DNA of 64,000 nucleotides from Candidatus Latescibacterota bacterium (GTDB taxonomy: Bacteria; Latescibacterota; UBA2968), in assembly GCA_965116885.1 (NCBI GenBank), contig OZ220741.1:1792001-1856000 (forward strand). The letters are read 5' to 3'. Of the stretch, positions 49,031 through 59,266 are shown one piece after another. How positions within the stretch are numbered: position 1 is the first letter of the stretch; every line of letters begins with the position of its first letter. Position numbers and translations under genes: made by a program. The notes beneath the pieces are model-generated. The model was not told the DNA's origin. It saw only the letters and a program-made list of their open reading frames with translations, and ran no database searches.

Positions 49031-49585
49031 ATGTTCGTGGTTACTTTAAACCGGCGGAGGATAGCCCTTGCAAGTCTTCTCATTATTGTGACAGGATCGG
49101 CGGGCGGTCTCTTTGCTTTCTACAATTATTTTCTTCCGGATAGCGTTGCAGAAGTTGGTCAGGCTCTGCCCAGTTTAACCTTACAGGATATGGATGGACA
49201 GTCTGTGAGTCTGGATAGCTACCGCGGAAAACTGATTTTAGCCAGCTTTATTGAGGTCAATTGTCATCATTGTCGGGATCAGCTTTCAGTGTTTGAAACG
49301 CTTCACGGCGAGATGCCAGACGAAAATTTGACGCTTCTTGCTATTTCGACCAGTTCGGTCAAAAAAACGGCTGTTTTCTTTCAAGAACATCCCATTTCAT
49401 TTTCCATTTGGATTGACGCAAACCGCAATCTGTACAAGAAACTGGGTGTCTTCAATGTTCCAGCACTGTTTTTTTTAGACGAAACAGGCGTCTTGCGCTA
49501 TAAAGCCGTGGGGTATCAATCAACCGATGCTGTGAGTGGGATTATCGACAGTTTGTTTCTGCGGGAAGAAACATCTGAGGAATAG
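49031..49585 (+). CDS. TlpA/peroxiredoxin-like thioredoxin-fold protein
   Basis: N-terminal TM anchor, SLDSYRGK, CHHC, VPALFFLD..G. Confidence 0.85.
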   Translation: MFVVTLNRRRIALASLLIIVTGSAGGLFAFYNYFLPDSVAEVGQALPSLTLQDMDGQSVSLDSYRGKLILASFIEVNCHHCRDQLSVFETLHGEMPDENLTLLAISTSSVKKTAVFFQEHPISFSIWIDANRNLYKKLGVFNVPALFFLDETGVLRYKAVGYQSTDAVSGIIDSLFLREETSEE

Positions 49586-49591
49586 ATAGCC

Positions 49592-50293
49592 GTGTTCAAA
49601 CGACTGGCGTTAACAATTTGGACGCCCAATAGGGCCTTTGAGGATATTCGGGAAAATCCGACCTATTTGGGTGCGTTCCTGGTAATTGGTCTGGGTTCGA
49701 TTGTTGTCGCCTATGCTACATTGCCTGTCTTTCAGAAAATCTACCTTCTATCCGTAACGGAATCTTTGAATCCCAGCCAGTTGGAACGCTTGCATCGCTA
49801 TCAAAAAACTATGCGTTATGTTTATCCCGTCGGCACATTGATAGGTATTCTGTTTTTCTGGTTCATTTCTGCATTTCTGATCTGGTTAATTGCTCAAGTC
49901 TTTGAATGTCGCGGGCGGTTCAAATCCATTTTCTCGGTCATCTCTCATGCCAGCATTACGTCTTTGATCTCCAGTATTCTCGTCGTTGCGATTATCTACT
50001 TCAAAGTGAATAAAGGACTGATGGACTTGTCAAATCTCGAAATCAAACTTGGCGCAGATCTGTTTATAAGCAGCCCTGTGCATCCCGCTTTGCAGGTTGT
50101 ACTGGCAAATCTAAATCCATTTACATTCTGGTACTATGCATTGCTCACTATTGGTATTGCAACGGTGTGCGAAGAGTGTAGCCGCGTCCGCGCCGCTGGT
50201 GTGGTCGGTACGTTCTGGGCTATTTCAATGGCTTTTAGCGCGGGTATCGCCTGGGTGTTCTCTATCTTTCAGGCATTGGATACTGCTTCGTGA
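49592..50293 (+). CDS. Yip1 family membrane protein
   Basis: P..AFE.I, NPF.FW, about 5 TM helices. Confidence 0.7.
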   Translation: MFKRLALTIWTPNRAFEDIRENPTYLGAFLVIGLGSIVVAYATLPVFQKIYLLSVTESLNPSQLERLHRYQKTMRYVYPVGTLIGILFFWFISAFLIWLIAQVFECRGRFKSIFSVISHASITSLISSILVVAIIYFKVNKGLMDLSNLEIKLGADLFISSPVHPALQVVLANLNPFTFWYYALLTIGIATVCEECSRVRAAGVVGTFWAISMAFSAGIAWVFSIFQALDTAS

Positions 50294-50305
50294 AAGGTCT
50301 ATGCA

Positions 50306-52258
50306 ATGACTTTAGACAAGACAACAAAAATTGCTTTCTCTCAATTGACGGGACGAAATGTTAAGGTTGCCATTATTGATAGTGGTATTGAAGCTGAGCA
50401 TCCCAAAATTGGGCATGTTGCAGGGGGTGTGGGATTTATCGTCAAGTCGGGTGAGCGCGTTATTCAACAACCAGACCACAACGATTGTGCAGGGCACGGT
50501 ACAGCCTGTGCGGGTATTATCCACAAAAAAGCACCTGATGCCGAGCTCTACAGTATTCGCATTTTTGATGAGACCCTTTCAGCAGACGGTCATGCGCTTG
50601 TCACTGCTATTCAATGGGCAACAGAACAGCGCGTAGATGTTATCAATCTCAGCCTGGGTACAACTGACGCTGCGTACAAAGATGGCATTGCGGAAGCCTG
50701 TCAGTGTGCTGTTGAAGCAGGTATCATCCTTATTGCCGCCGAACATAACGACGGCCTACCGAGTTACCCGACGAATTCGCCCGAGGTCATCGGCGTGACC
50801 GGTGGCAAAATCTACGACCGCTACGGTTATTACTATAGACCCGGCAACACGATTGAATGCGTAGCGCGAGGCGATGAACAGCGCGTGTGCTGGAAAGATG
50901 GGCGTGAGATTATGATATCTGGAACCAGCTATGCGGCTCCCCACATTACCGGTATTGTCACCCTGATTCGGGAAGCCTATCCCAACGCGACACTGAAAGA
51001 AGTGCGCGAAATTTTAAAAGCCAATGCTCTGGAAGAAAGAATCGAACGGGTTTCCAACGTTGCTACACACATGACGCCATCTTTTCCCGTTTCCTTTTCA
51101 GAGCAGTCGGGCATTTCAAATTACAATTGGATCAAGAAAGCCGCTCTGTATCCCTACAACAAGGAAATGCATGCATTGGTCCGGTTCCGGGATCTATTGC
51201 ACTTTGAAATTACAGCCGTAGCGGATCCCGTTGGCAAAGGGCTTGTTGGAAAAGATCCGGGTGAAGCAATTGGAACGGAACCTACCGGGTTAAAAGTCGT
51301 GCCGAATTTGCAGAAAGCACTTCGGGGAGCGGATACGCTCATTCTCGGATATGTGGATCAACTCGGCCGCATTAGCAAACGCGACTTGCTGCGGGAATCG
51401 ATCCAGACAGCGTTGGACCAGGGCGTTCACGTCTTTAGCTTTTTGCAAGTTCCTGCAGGCATATACGGTGACCTGTACGCTCAGGCTCGAAAAAAGGGTC
51501 TCCGAATTGTCTATCCATCTATTTCTATGGGTGAAGTGCATAATATTCTTAAAAAGGACCAAAAAGGTACACCCGTCGATGTTCCAGTTCTAGGGGTTAT
51601 GGGTACGAGTTCACAACAGGGCAAGTTCACCTTGCAACTTGCGCTCAGGCGCAAGCTCATTCAAATGGGGTATAAAGTCGGTCAGATCGGCACTGAACAT
51701 CACGCGGAATTATTCGGTATGGATCTCGCGTTTCCGATAGGCTATGCATCACCTCTGGAACTGCCGCTTCAGGTGTACGTTCCTTATCTCGATTACAAAA
51801 TGCGCGAAATTAACCGGAAAAAGCAGCCGGAAATCATTCTCGTTGGCTCCCAGTCTGGCACGATTCCCTATGATGTCAACGAACACAAGACGCACTCTTT
51901 GTCCTCTATTGCATTTATGCTGGGGACAAAACCCGACGCTTGCATTCTTGTCGTCAATAGCATTGATGCAGATGATTATATCCGCGATACGATGGATGGG
52001 ATACGCGCTGTGTGCAAAGCTCCGACTATCTTGCTGGCGATGAGCGATAAGGAAAAACACATTCGAGCAGCTTATGGACGCACGATGATTAATCCACAAC
52101 AGATGTCTCGTGAACAAATAGATGAAAAATTGCAATATCTGGAACAGACATTTAACCTGTCCGCTGTCGAAATTGTCTCTGAAGAAGGCCAACAGAAAAT
52201 GCTGGAGACAGTTCTAAAATTCTTTTCTGCAGACGAAACAGAGACACAAACTGATTAG
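50306..52258 (+). CDS. S8 subtilase fused to a DUF1611/TIGR04066-like peptide maturation domain
   Basis: Triad IIDSG, GHGTACAG, SGTSYAAPH; no signal peptide; C-half LYPYNKE..., GTSSQQGKFTLQL, GYKVGQIGTE, VGSQSG. Confidence 0.85.
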   Translation: MTLDKTTKIAFSQLTGRNVKVAIIDSGIEAEHPKIGHVAGGVGFIVKSGERVIQQPDHNDCAGHGTACAGIIHKKAPDAELYSIRIFDETLSADGHALVTAIQWATEQRVDVINLSLGTTDAAYKDGIAEACQCAVEAGIILIAAEHNDGLPSYPTNSPEVIGVTGGKIYDRYGYYYRPGNTIECVARGDEQRVCWKDGREIMISGTSYAAPHITGIVTLIREAYPNATLKEVREILKANALEERIERVSNVATHMTPSFPVSFSEQSGISNYNWIKKAALYPYNKEMHALVRFRDLLHFEITAVADPVGKGLVGKDPGEAIGTEPTGLKVVPNLQKALRGADTLILGYVDQLGRISKRDLLRESIQTALDQGVHVFSFLQVPAGIYGDLYAQARKKGLRIVYPSISMGEVHNILKKDQKGTPVDVPVLGVMGTSSQQGKFTLQLALRRKLIQMGYKVGQIGTEHHAELFGMDLAFPIGYASPLELPLQVYVPYLDYKMREINRKKQPEIILVGSQSGTIPYDVNEHKTHSLSSIAFMLGTKPDACILVVNSIDADDYIRDTMDGIRAVCKAPTILLAMSDKEKHIRAAYGRTMINPQQMSREQIDEKLQYLEQTFNLSAVEIVSEEGQQKMLETVLKFFSADETETQTD

Positions 52259-52285
52259 GTTCTCTCTTGTGATAGGGATAATTCT

Positions 52286-52561
52286 ATGCTCCCCGAAAGA
52301 ATTGAAGATCGCGTTAAATGTGTCATCGTTAATACGCTTAGTCTGGAGATTGCCCCGGCAGAGATTGGGGATGCGGATGTTTTGTTTGGTGGAGAAATGG
52401 GACTTAATTCAATGGCTATGATTGAGCTTGTCATAGGTTTGGAAGAAGAATTTGGTTTTGAAGTATCCGATGAAGATTTGCGTGCCGAGGTATTTGAAAG
52501 TGTGCAGACCATGGCCGATTATGTTCGGTCTGCACTCGGAAGCGTTTCGACTGCTATTTGA
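52286..52561 (+). CDS. Acyl carrier protein
   Basis: Small and acidic; GLNSMAMIELVIGLEEEFG with the conserved Ser. Confidence 0.85.
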   Translation: MLPERIEDRVKCVIVNTLSLEIAPAEIGDADVLFGGEMGLNSMAMIELVIGLEEEFGFEVSDEDLRAEVFESVQTMADYVRSALGSVSTAI

Positions 52562-52583
52562 AAGTTGAATCTGGAGTTGATAG

Positions 52584-53714
52584 ATGTCAAAAAAACGCAT
52601 TGTTTTTTATAGCCAACATCTCGTGGGTGTTGGTCACCATTTTCGCAATCGCCAGATTATTCGCGCATTGGCCGACGAATACAATGTCTATTTTGTTGAC
52701 GGGGGTAGGCCGGTGCCGGGCGCGACGCTACCGGTTTCGGTTCAAATACACCATCTCACACCTGTCTTTAAAGATCTGATTACCGGGCACTTAACCTCGG
52801 AAACCGAATGTGATATCCAGACAGTATTAAAGGCGCGGAAACAGGCTTTGAACAGTCTGATTACTCGTGTTTATCCCGATATCTTCATTATCGAATACTT
52901 TCCCTTTGCGCGTTGGGAACTGGCAGACGAACTGCTTGCGGCTATCGATACAGGCCAATCTGTTAATCCCGATATTCGCATTATATGTTCATTACGCGAC
53001 GTACCCAGGCTCCTATCAGACCCCGACCAAGTGTGTTCGGTTTTAAACCACCACTTCCACGCGTTGTTGATACACGCAGATCCCCAGGTGACCCGGTTGG
53101 AAGATCATTTTCCACACATAGACAATATTCACCTACCGGTTCATTATACGGGGTATGTCGTAGAACCATTGGATAGCGATGGTTGTGAGTTACAGATACA
53201 GAAATGCGTGTTGGTCAGTGCTGGCGGTGGGGCCGATGGCTATGAACTGATCAAACCGTGTATCAAAGCCTGGCAGCGATTATCTCAAAGGGGCATAGTT
53301 GAGGACCGAAAGATGATCATTTTTACAGGTCCTTTTATGCCACAGACGCAATACGATGCCCTTGAACGCCTGTGCAAGGGCGGCCCTTTTCATATAGATC
53401 GGTTTACATCCCACTTTCTCCATTGGATGCGGTGTGCTGATCTCTCCATTAGTCGTGCGGGATACAATACCTGTATGAATATCCTGGAAACTCGTACGAG
53501 AGCTATTCTGGTTCCTGGATCTCTCGTTAGCGACCAGGAATTTCGCGCTCACAGACTGTCTGAGTTGGGGTTGGTCTATACACTTTTACCACAAAATCTG
53601 ACCACCGATAATATGGCGAAAGCTATTTTGGAAGCATTATCAAGTAGGCCGTCTGTTCACAATATTGCCCTGAATGGTGCGGTCAAAACTCGTGATATAA
53701 TTAGAGTCATTTAG
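52584..53714 (+). CDS. GT-B glycosyltransferase (GT28 C-terminal-like)
   Basis: YSQHLVGVGH, VSAGGGADG, SISRAGYNT, DQEFRA. Confidence 0.8.
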   Translation: MSKKRIVFYSQHLVGVGHHFRNRQIIRALADEYNVYFVDGGRPVPGATLPVSVQIHHLTPVFKDLITGHLTSETECDIQTVLKARKQALNSLITRVYPDIFIIEYFPFARWELADELLAAIDTGQSVNPDIRIICSLRDVPRLLSDPDQVCSVLNHHFHALLIHADPQVTRLEDHFPHIDNIHLPVHYTGYVVEPLDSDGCELQIQKCVLVSAGGGADGYELIKPCIKAWQRLSQRGIVEDRKMIIFTGPFMPQTQYDALERLCKGGPFHIDRFTSHFLHWMRCADLSISRAGYNTCMNILETRTRAILVPGSLVSDQEFRAHRLSELGLVYTLLPQNLTTDNMAKAILEALSSRPSVHNIALNGAVKTRDIIRVI

Positions 53715-53719
53715 ACAAC

Positions 53720-54754
53720 ATGAAAAAAATACTTCCCATCACTACACCTCCCGTTATCGGCTATCTGCATCATGCCTATCCGCTATCTATCCTCGCCAAC
53801 TGGGAAGTTTATTTGCCGTGGTTCCACAGCAATTACATTCAGCTATACTGTCCTCAAAATCTTCAGGCCCTACAAGGTCAGAGAACTATGAAATTCAATT
53901 TTTATCGCAGGCCCGATCAGCGTGTCTCCTTTTCGCCCTATTTGAAGGTGCAACTTCTGAACAGAGACTTGATTTTCAAATCTCCGCCAGATATCCTGCC
54001 CTTCATTGTTGACTGTATTGATAAAGGCTACTACGTCCAACCCACTGTGGATGAATATTTCTTGCCGGACAGTGCCGCGTATGAGAAAAGACCTCTGGTT
54101 CACGAGACCCTCATCTATGGCTACGATAAACAGACCTTCGTTGGTATAGGTTACAACAAAAATGGCGATTACGCTTCATACCACATCATGTTTTCTGAGT
54201 TGAAACAGGCGGTTGTACTGGCCGACCTGACCGGTCATTACGATCCGGATGGATTGCGATTGTTTAAATATATCCCGCAGGCTGAGTATGATTTTGACAT
54301 ACATCTGGTACGAGAACAATTCACCGACTTGCTCTATTCGCGAAATACATCTCATCGCTTTCGCATGGTTGCCAATCCATCCGATGGTGCGTATGGCCTG
54401 GCGACATATCCTTGTCTAAAAAGCTATATCGAATCCTTTTTATATTCTCCTTTCTCTTTTGACATTCGACCTGCTCATATTCTATGGGAGCACAAAAAAT
54501 GTATGGTTGATAGGCTCAAGTACATGGAAACGCAAGGCTATTTGAAGTCCGAAGATGGGTTCTCTGCTCAGTATGAAGCACTGGCGCGAAAGACCGGTAT
54601 GCTTAGAATGATGTTGCTCAAATTCAAAATCACACGTAGTCCCGATCTAATACGCCGCGTGCTTTCAAATTTGGACGACATCGGAGAAGCAGAACAAAGT
54701 CTTCTTCAAGATTTGGTCAAAAAACTCGAGACAGTTTGTGATGATTCGAGATGA
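53720..54754 (+). CDS. Hypothetical protein, BtrH/papain-like fold suspected
   Basis: CIDKGYYV..VDEYFLP, HETLIYGYD, LWEHKKCM resemble proteins of NRPS/RiPP-associated BtrH-like families. Confidence 0.5.
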   Translation: MKKILPITTPPVIGYLHHAYPLSILANWEVYLPWFHSNYIQLYCPQNLQALQGQRTMKFNFYRRPDQRVSFSPYLKVQLLNRDLIFKSPPDILPFIVDCIDKGYYVQPTVDEYFLPDSAAYEKRPLVHETLIYGYDKQTFVGIGYNKNGDYASYHIMFSELKQAVVLADLTGHYDPDGLRLFKYIPQAEYDFDIHLVREQFTDLLYSRNTSHRFRMVANPSDGAYGLATYPCLKSYIESFLYSPFSFDIRPAHILWEHKKCMVDRLKYMETQGYLKSEDGFSAQYEALARKTGMLRMMLLKFKITRSPDLIRRVLSNLDDIGEAEQSLLQDLVKKLETVCDDSR

Positions 54755-55175
54755 ATGGGTGTTCGATACCAGTTTGTCTATCTGGTTTATCCGCGTTCTT
54801 CGCATAATTTTGGGTGCGCTGTTCCTCTGGACAGGGCTTAGCAAAATGTCGCAGATAGAAGATTTTGCCAGGACCATTGATACCTTCAATTTATTGCCTC
54901 AAATACTCATTCTTCCCGCTGCTATTATCATTCCTTGGGTCGAATTTCTCACCGGTTTGAGCCTCCTTCTGGGTTTTAAAACGCGACTGAGTGCCTGTGT
55001 CTGTTCAGGTCTCTTATGTTTGTTCGTCATTGCTCTGGGCATTAACATCCTCCGAGGAATGGATAACATGGCCTGTGGCTGCTTTGGAGTTGGCATAAGT
55101 GATACGCTTTCTACTGCTTTGATTCGAAATATCGTGCTGATAGCCATTTGTGTGCCCCTTGTGCGTACCCGCTAA
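54738..55175 (+). CDS. MauE/DoxX family membrane protein
   Basis: RIILG..F...GLSK, PWVE, CGCFG, RN motifs. Confidence 0.85.
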   Translation: MMIRDEWVFDTSLSIWFIRVLRIILGALFLWTGLSKMSQIEDFARTIDTFNLLPQILILPAAIIIPWVEFLTGLSLLLGFKTRLSACVCSGLLCLFVIALGINILRGMDNMACGCFGVGISDTLSTALIRNIVLIAICVPLVRTR

Positions 55176-55362
55176 TGCGGAACATTTTTTCTTTTACTTT
55201 CTCAAACGATTGTATTATTTAAAAGCCAAGCCGCCGACACGATCTGGAAAAGTCTCCTTTCAGTCGAAGTCGGATGCCGCGAGAAACTCCGCGAAGAAGG
55301 CTATCATCAACAGGTATGTTTCAAACAAACATACTTCATCGTATTTAACACAGGAGGGTGTT

Positions 55363-56049
55363 ATGGCAGATTCAACAGAAGCAATGGGACTTGGCAGACG
55401 CATGGTGGGCGTGTTCTTTTCGCCGGGTGCAACATTTGAGTCGGTGCGGTCGCGTGTTGGCACGTCAGATTGGTTGGTGCCACTCATTATACTGGCGATT
55501 GTGGTAGCTATTACCGCGTACCTGGTCACGCCTATGGCAATGGAACAAGAACAGGCCAAGATGGCACAGGCCGAAATCAATATGGAGGATATGCAGACCA
55601 TTAGCATGATAGCTGGAACGATTAGTGCGCCATTAGGTATTGCTCTGATCATGTTTTTGATCTCTGCTATATTGCTCGTGCTCGTGCGATTTGTGCTGGG
55701 AGGCGAGACGACGTATAAACAGGTGCTAACGGTCAACTGCCTCAGTTCTCTGATATGTATTCCGAGTGCGATTGTGTCAGTACCCCTGATGCTTGCCAAA
55801 GAATCGGTATATGTACAGGTTGGATTTGGGCTGTTGTTGCCCGATTCTATGGCAGAGACTTTTCTCGCGCGCCTGTTGTTTAACCTGAACTTTTTCTCCA
55901 TCTGGCAATATGCACTGGTCGGCATTGGATTGGGGATTGTCTCGGGCATTTCCACGAAGAAGGCTGTGATCGGTGTTTTTGTGTTACTCGTTCTTTACGC
56001 GGTAGGCAGCGCGGCATTGCAAACGATGTTTGCTGGTTTGGGAGGATAA
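55363..56049 (+). CDS. Yip1 family membrane protein
   Basis: VFFSPGATFE, FFSIW; RBS GGAGG. Confidence 0.75.
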   Translation: MADSTEAMGLGRRMVGVFFSPGATFESVRSRVGTSDWLVPLIILAIVVAITAYLVTPMAMEQEQAKMAQAEINMEDMQTISMIAGTISAPLGIALIMFLISAILLVLVRFVLGGETTYKQVLTVNCLSSLICIPSAIVSVPLMLAKESVYVQVGFGLLLPDSMAETFLARLLFNLNFFSIWQYALVGIGLGIVSGISTKKAVIGVFVLLVLYAVGSAALQTMFAGLGG

Positions 56050-57249
56050 GTGGCGACATCTTGGTCGAATAAGCGCAAGGCACTCCTCGGTGCAGGTGGG
56101 CTGATCATTGTGGTTGCGATGGTGGTGCTCAATTTGCAACAAGAGAGTAAAACCGAGCGTTCGACTCAGGATGCCGAGACTTTGCCCGTGCGCCGGGGGG
56201 CTGTCGTTGAACAACTGAAGGAAACCGGGCGTATTGAATTTGTTCGCACTGTGGAGGTCAAGTCAACGGTATCGGGTGAAATTGTGCATTTGTTTGCCGA
56301 GGCGGGAGATGCGGTGTCCGAAGGCGATATGCTGGCGATTATTCGACCGGATCCCAACCAGACGCTTCAGCTTTACAACAAGAGGGCGGCGGTTGAGCGG
56401 GCGCGTATTGACCTCGATCGGGTGCGTAAGGATTTGGCGCGCAAAGAAGCGTTAAAAAAACGGAATTTGATTGCCGAAGAAGAAATTGAGCGGATTCGGG
56501 ATCAGTTTGAAAAGGCATTAAATGCTTATCAACTGGCGCAACTCGAATTGGAAACGCTGGTGAAGCGGTCGAATATTCAGCAATCGAAAGGGCGTTCGTC
56601 TTCGGCGCAACTGGACAATGTGCGGGTGCTGGCTCCCGCCTCGGGTATTGTGATTGCACGTCCCGTAGAAATCGGCGAGGTGGTGGTTTCGGGTATTCTT
56701 TCTACGGTGACGGGTACCAAACTGTTTGAAATTGGCGATCCGAGCCTGATGATGGTGAAAGCCTATATCAGCGAAGTGGATGTGGGAAGGCTGGCACCGG
56801 GGCAGGCTGTTCATATTATTGCAGATGCTTATCCGGATACGACGTATCAGGGCGAGGTGTATCGCATTGCACCTGTGGGGCAAATCAGGCAGGGTAGCAA
56901 TATCGTGTCGTTTGAAACCGAAATCCGCGTTCTGGATCGCGAGCCGAGACTGCGCCAGGGTATGTCATGCGATGTGGATATTGTTTTTGCCCGGCGCGAT
57001 TCCGCGCTTTATTTGCCCCTTGAGGCCGTGTATGAAGATTTTGGAGACGATGTTCGGGAAGGCGATAAAAAAGGGATTCAAGGACGATTTGTCGTCTTTG
57101 TGAAAGAAGATACTTTTGTCGTACGTGAGATTCAGGTGGGTTTGAAGTCAGATGTCCGCGTGGAAGTTTTGTCGGGTGTGACAAGTGCAGATTCGGTTGC
57201 TGCAGATGCTGAAAAATTGTTCAAGGAGCGGGCAAAGGAAAGCGATTGA
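56050..57249 (+). CDS. MacA-like efflux membrane fusion protein
   Basis: VEVKSTVSG, APASGIV, ISEVDVG, LRQGMS. Confidence 0.85.
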   Translation: MATSWSNKRKALLGAGGLIIVVAMVVLNLQQESKTERSTQDAETLPVRRGAVVEQLKETGRIEFVRTVEVKSTVSGEIVHLFAEAGDAVSEGDMLAIIRPDPNQTLQLYNKRAAVERARIDLDRVRKDLARKEALKKRNLIAEEEIERIRDQFEKALNAYQLAQLELETLVKRSNIQQSKGRSSSAQLDNVRVLAPASGIVIARPVEIGEVVVSGILSTVTGTKLFEIGDPSLMMVKAYISEVDVGRLAPGQAVHIIADAYPDTTYQGEVYRIAPVGQIRQGSNIVSFETEIRVLDREPRLRQGMSCDVDIVFARRDSALYLPLEAVYEDFGDDVREGDKKGIQGRFVVFVKEDTFVVREIQVGLKSDVRVEVLSGVTSADSVAADAEKLFKERAKESD

Positions 57250-58475
57250 TGAATGCGCTCGATTTGTTTTTGGTCGGCCTCTCCCAATTGCAGGCAAACG
57301 CGCTGCGGTCGCTGTTGACGATATTGGGCATTACGATTGGGGTGGGGGCAGTGATCGGGGTTGTATCGATTGGAGAGGGTCTGCGGCGCAATATTGTGTC
57401 GCAGTTTTCACAGGTGGGCGGTGCCAATCTGGTGATCGTTCAGCCGCCTCGAACCTATGAGGTCAAAGACGGACGGCGGGTGCCGCGCGCCTGGCGGGAG
57501 TATTTGACGGCACGGGATTTAGCCGCGCTTGAAGGGGAAGTCAATCACATCCAGGCAGCGTATCCCCTGGTGGGATGGAATACGCAGGTGCGCTATCAAA
57601 AAGCATCGGCAACTGGCGAGGTGCAGGGTACGTTGCCGGGGTATCACCAGGCGATGGATTGGGAACTGGATCAGGGGCGGTTTTTGTCGAATTGGGATGT
57701 GAAGACCTGGCGGCGCGTGTGTGTGATTGGAGATAAGATCGCCGAAGAGCTTTTCGGAGAGATGAATCCCGTGACCCGGGAAGTGAAGTTAAATGGTGAA
57801 CGCTATACAGTTATCGGGGTGATGAAACCCCGATTGTTATTTGGCCGCGATTGGGGTCGCCAGATTGTCGTGCCAGTGACCACATTGCAAAAGCGCGTGG
57901 TGGGCAACGATTATTACAGTGTGATTTTTGTGTATGTGGAAAATGCCGCACATGTGAAGTCCGTCACGCAGAATATTGAGAAAGTGTTGAATCGGTTGCA
58001 CGTACACGGAGATGCTTTTCGCGTGTCGAGCGGCGAGAGTGTTTTGGAAAATGTAGATCAGGTAACGCTGATTATGAAATTGGTGGCCGGGGGCATTGCG
58101 GGCATTTCTCTATTGGTGGGTGGGATTGGCATTATGAATATTATGCTGGTGTCGGTAACAGAGCGCACGCGAGAAATCGGCATCCGCAAGGCCGTAGGTG
58201 CTAAGCGCGTGCATATTCTCATTCAGTTTATCATCGAGTCGGCTGTGTTGAGCCTGTTCGGCGGTTTGATCGGCATTTTGTGCGGGCTTGGGTTCGGGTT
58301 TGGCATTTCCTATTTGATTGAATATTATTCTGAGGCGGAATTTCCCAGCGTGGTTTCGTGGAGCGCAGTGATGCTGGCAGTTGCTGTTTCAGGGGGTATT
58401 GGCGTGTTTTTTGGCGTTTATCCGGCAGCGCGGGCATCTGGGCTGGATCCTGTGGAGGCGTTGCGCTATGAGTAA
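57249..58475 (+). CDS. MacB-like ABC permease
   Basis: [50 protein letters not shown]. Confidence 0.9.
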   Translation: MNALDLFLVGLSQLQANALRSLLTILGITIGVGAVIGVVSIGEGLRRNIVSQFSQVGGANLVIVQPPRTYEVKDGRRVPRAWREYLTARDLAALEGEVNHIQAAYPLVGWNTQVRYQKASATGEVQGTLPGYHQAMDWELDQGRFLSNWDVKTWRRVCVIGDKIAEELFGEMNPVTREVKLNGERYTVIGVMKPRLLFGRDWGRQIVVPVTTLQKRVVGNDYYSVIFVYVENAAHVKSVTQNIEKVLNRLHVHGDAFRVSSGESVLENVDQVTLIMKLVAGGIAGISLLVGGIGIMNIMLVSVTERTREIGIRKAVGAKRVHILIQFIIESAVLSLFGGLIGILCGLGFGFGISYLIEYYSEAEFPSVVSWSAVMLAVAVSGGIGVFFGVYPAARASGLDPVEALRYE

Positions 58476-59154
58476 GGTGCAGATCCAAATTGACGCGGTT
58501 CGGAAAATTTATCAGATGGGAAGTGAAACCGTTTACGCGCTGCGGGATATTTCGTTTTCTGTGTTTCAAAACGAGTATCTGGCAATTATGGGGCCGTCTG
58601 GATCGGGGAAATCGACGTTGCTCAATATCTTGGGGTGTTTGGATACGCCTTCGAAAGGTCGATATATTTTAGATGGTGAAGCCGTTAGTGAGATGAAGGG
58701 AGATGCGCTGGCGGATGTGCGCAATCGGAAGATCGGATTTGTTTTTCAGACGTTCAATTTACTCAGCCGGGCGACGGCTCTACAGAATGTGGAGTTGCCG
58801 CTGATTTATGCGGGTCTGTCCAGACGCCGCCGCAGGGAAAGGGCCAGAGCCACTCTGGAGCGCGTTGGGTTGGCAGATCGAATGACGCATCGGCCAAATG
58901 AGTTGTCGGGCGGGCAGCGTCAGCGCGTTGCTATTGCGCGGGCACTGGTGAACGATCCGGCGATTCTGCTGGCAGACGAACCCACCGGGAATCTGGATAC
59001 GCGAACGGGTGAAGAGATACTCTCTACGTTTGAAGACCTTCACCAACAGGGGCAAACAGTTCTGGTGGTGACCCATGAAGAAGATGTGGCGCGGCGTACC
59101 TGGCGCGTTGTACGGCTTCGAGATGGACGCATTGAAAGCGATGCACCTCCATGA
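58468..59154 (+). CDS. ABC ATP-binding protein (MacB/LolD type)
   Basis: [27 protein letters not shown]. Confidence 0.9.
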   Translation: MSKVQIQIDAVRKIYQMGSETVYALRDISFSVFQNEYLAIMGPSGSGKSTLLNILGCLDTPSKGRYILDGEAVSEMKGDALADVRNRKIGFVFQTFNLLSRATALQNVELPLIYAGLSRRRRRERARATLERVGLADRMTHRPNELSGGQRQRVAIARALVNDPAILLADEPTGNLDTRTGEEILSTFEDLHQQGQTVLVVTHEEDVARRTWRVVRLRDGRIESDAPP

Positions 59155-59266
59155 GAATATGAATAAATCAAAAATTTTGAGCCGCGACCCCGTATTTGCG
59201 AACGGTGGACGGGAAAAATTTAATAATCCATTCACAGTTTTTTTTATGGAAAAAAATCAGAAATAC

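Noticed and set aside
55150..55362. N-terminal extension of the Yip1 ORF
   Set aside because: Overlaps promoter and leader structure; the RBS supports ATG 55363
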